Source: Selaginella moellendorffii (lineage: Eukaryota; Plantae; Lycopodiophyta). From it: a stretch of DNA of 64,000 bases. Position 1 is the stretch's first letter, and every line of letters starts with the position of its first letter. Below the pieces are notes generated by a model, which saw nothing but the letters and a program-made list of their open reading frames with translations, ran no database searches and was not told where the DNA came from. The DNA lies in contig NW_003314324.1 in NCBI RefSeq assembly GCF_000143415.4, forward strand, positions 633,379 through 697,378. The letters run 5' to 3'. Shown one piece after another: positions 61,594 to 64,000 of the stretch. Both the position numbers and the translations under genes were made by a program.

Positions 61594-64000
61594 AAGCTCT
61601 ATTTCGTTAAAGTGGGAATTGTCATTATCCCACTTGTAAAATAAGGTTTCCAAACCTTTATATAGTATATAAATATAACAAAATTCAATTGCATTGAGGC
61701 ACATGCCATTTTATTTTAAACAAGGAAATGTCTACTCAATCACTTCTCCTCCCCCTGCCACTGCTTCACCTCTCTCTTCTCCTTGTCATCGTCGTCCAAT
61801 TTCTTTCCATCCTTTTAATATTGGCTCAGTTGCTCCGAGTCTAGGTGGAGCCCAAGTCCCCATTCAATCTTTACTTTCCCCTTATTAATAAAACAACTTC
61901 GTAGACTTCCAATAACATGCTGTAACACTTCTAGTATAATGCAAATCCTCTCAAAGAATTGTCTTTTAATATTAATACAATGGCATGGAACCCCATGCCA
62001 TAATAAGTTACATTTTTAAATAAATACATGCCATCTCAGACTGTTAGTTTTTTGCCTCCAACGCCTATACAATAATCTTGGAATTTCATCACTCTCCACA
62101 CTATCAGGATTTAAACCCAATAGTAATGCCATCTCTTCTCTAATACGTCCACGCTCATGTTCAGTGGTCGAAGAACCCATCCGGTTGAGCAGATTATGGA
62201 GATGCAGATAGTGTTTGGCTAGACAATATACATGCCATAAATGATGACTGGTGTCTGTCCGATCAAATGGCTTCTGATATACCGTTCCATCTGCCATTTG
62301 GTTGATTTCTGCAGCCACCTCCTGGACTGGCCGGTTCTCTATCACCATCGCTCCAAGCCGTTTTGCAAGGTCCCCCAGAACATACGGTTTCTTCTCCCTA
62401 GTTTCCATACTGCAAGAGATGGGGTGCACTGCATATGTGTGCGTGTTCGCTGCAGTTTTAATCGGCGAGTCATCGATGATGAGGATTTCACTTGAGCTAG
62501 CAGTCCGGTTCATCACTACAGCCTCTGGCTTGACGAAGATGGGCTTGCTACCCCTCACATGGACCATAGTCAAGCAATCCTCCTGCGTTAGGAGAAAGTC
62601 AAATGGTAATATTACTCACGTCTGATCGTGCATCATCTGTAGCAACGTTAATGCATTGTGGCGCATCATGGATGTCCAAACTCCCAATTGCAAATTGAAC
62701 CTGGCCCTCTGTTTTAAGTGTCGCATGGTCATTATTAGATCCCGCAGTTTCTCCCGTGTGATTAATGTGAATCTGTCTCTTTTGACCAACTTGCGACCGC
62801 AGGCTTTGGAGGGTGCAATGACATTCGAGGACGAGCCACGCTCATGGGAGAAAAGGACACTGTTCAGATCAAAAACGATACAGTACCTTCGCTGTGACTC
62901 TGAAATGAAATGCGTCAGCATAAAAAATGGTACAAGTCAATTTTACCATCTACAATATTAGCGAATGTTGCTCCCGATGGTTGTTGAGAGGGTTTTGGTC
63001 GAGGAAACGTGAAGGGCGGAAATACTCTCCTCTACAATGTGGGGTCAATCGCATCCGATGGCATGTGGGCACATGCCATTTCAGCTGTAGACTCTGGTAC
63101 AACTGGCTCAACAGTGGCATGGGGTGGTTCCGATGGCGTGTGATCACACGCCATTTCAGCTGGTGCCTCCGTTGGCAAAGTGGACATGACCGAACAGGCA
63201 GCAGGGGCGGTGTAGGGAGGTTCCAACGGCGCGTAGTCAGACGATTGGGCACACGTTGAGTCCGTTGGAAATGAGGATACGACCGGCTCGGCGGCTGGGG
63301 CGGCCTCATGTGGGTCCAATGGCGCCTGGTCACCGTCAGTTGGATACGTGGACAAGATTGACTCAGTGGTATGGGCAGCATCAAGTGGAGCGTGGTCAGC
63401 TTGCTTGGCGTTGATATGGATAGTAGCCTCCACCAGCTCTGATGACTCTTGCAGCCAAGTAGAGTCCACTGGCGGATCCATATGCATGTCCAAATATCTC
63501 CCTTCGATTGAGATGGTATCCTCCCGTGCTACTAAAAACAAACTCATTAGCACATTGAATTGACTATACTATATTTACCATCAACTGCTATTGAGGAACT
63601 AGGACCGATATCACTTGGGCGCACTGCTGATTCTGAAGGATTGGACATACGTTTCGACCCTTGCTTGGCACTATCCTTCCTCGACACTAAAGGCTAGAGT
63701 TTGTAAATTCAACTGAATAATCTCTACTTACCATTTGCTCTGCGACCTATATGGACAATGTTAGAAATGGTAAAAGGTTAGGAATGGATGTACTATTATT
63801 TACCTGATGGTTTGTCTTGTATGACCTTCCTCCGCTGCTCTTTGGCCACCTCAGGCTGGCCATCGTCGTCATCATCGTCGTCGTCGTTATTGTGATTGTC
63901 ACCATTGTGAGGACCATCCAAGTCCTCTTCGTCCTCCTCTTCTTTGTCCTCCTCTTCGTCCTTCTGCTCTTCCTGCTCATTATCTTTCTCTGGCTCCTCA
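61594..64000 (-). mobile_element. Second, inverted copy of the Sola-like transposon (right end, runs out of the window)
   Basis: Begins AAGCTCTATTTCGTTAAAGTGGGAATTGTC and is the near-identical reverse complement of about 57500-59915, including the FCP1-like exons (62016-62921). Confidence 0.93.

Overview
Eukaryotic plant genomic DNA with very short GT-AG introns. It is most likely a lycophyte such as Selaginella, inferred from intron size, the S-motif-rich PPR gene and the MASE1 histidine kinase. Bases 1-19.6 kb are gene-dense: a MASE1 hybrid histidine kinase, tRNA-Glu(CTC), a calmodulin-like gene, a GT17/GnT-III-like gene, an E/R/K-rich coiled-coil gene, a PLS-class PPR gene and an HTH+RRM gene. 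Bases 19.9-64 kb are a nested transposon block with readable TSDs: a non-coding LTR element carrying a solo LTR and two 5S-bearing Cassandra TRIMs, an internally deleted Ty3/Gypsy, another solo LTR, and a chromovirus hit twice by the same DNA transposon. That transposon is the most notable feature. Copy 1 (46580-59915, 13.3 kb) has about 25-bp TIRs, a 4-bp TSD and a Sola-type DDD transposase. Divergently, it encodes a spliced gene of about 1600 aa with a ParB-N-like domain, a degenerate DNA-methyltransferase-like region and an FCP1/HAD phosphatase domain. The element carries more than 20 copies of a 22-bp palindrome (ATGGCRTG-N6-CAYGCCAT), many inside that gene's introns, which suggests a ParB/parS-like self-recognition system. 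All domain calls come from motifs read by eye, and no searches were run.
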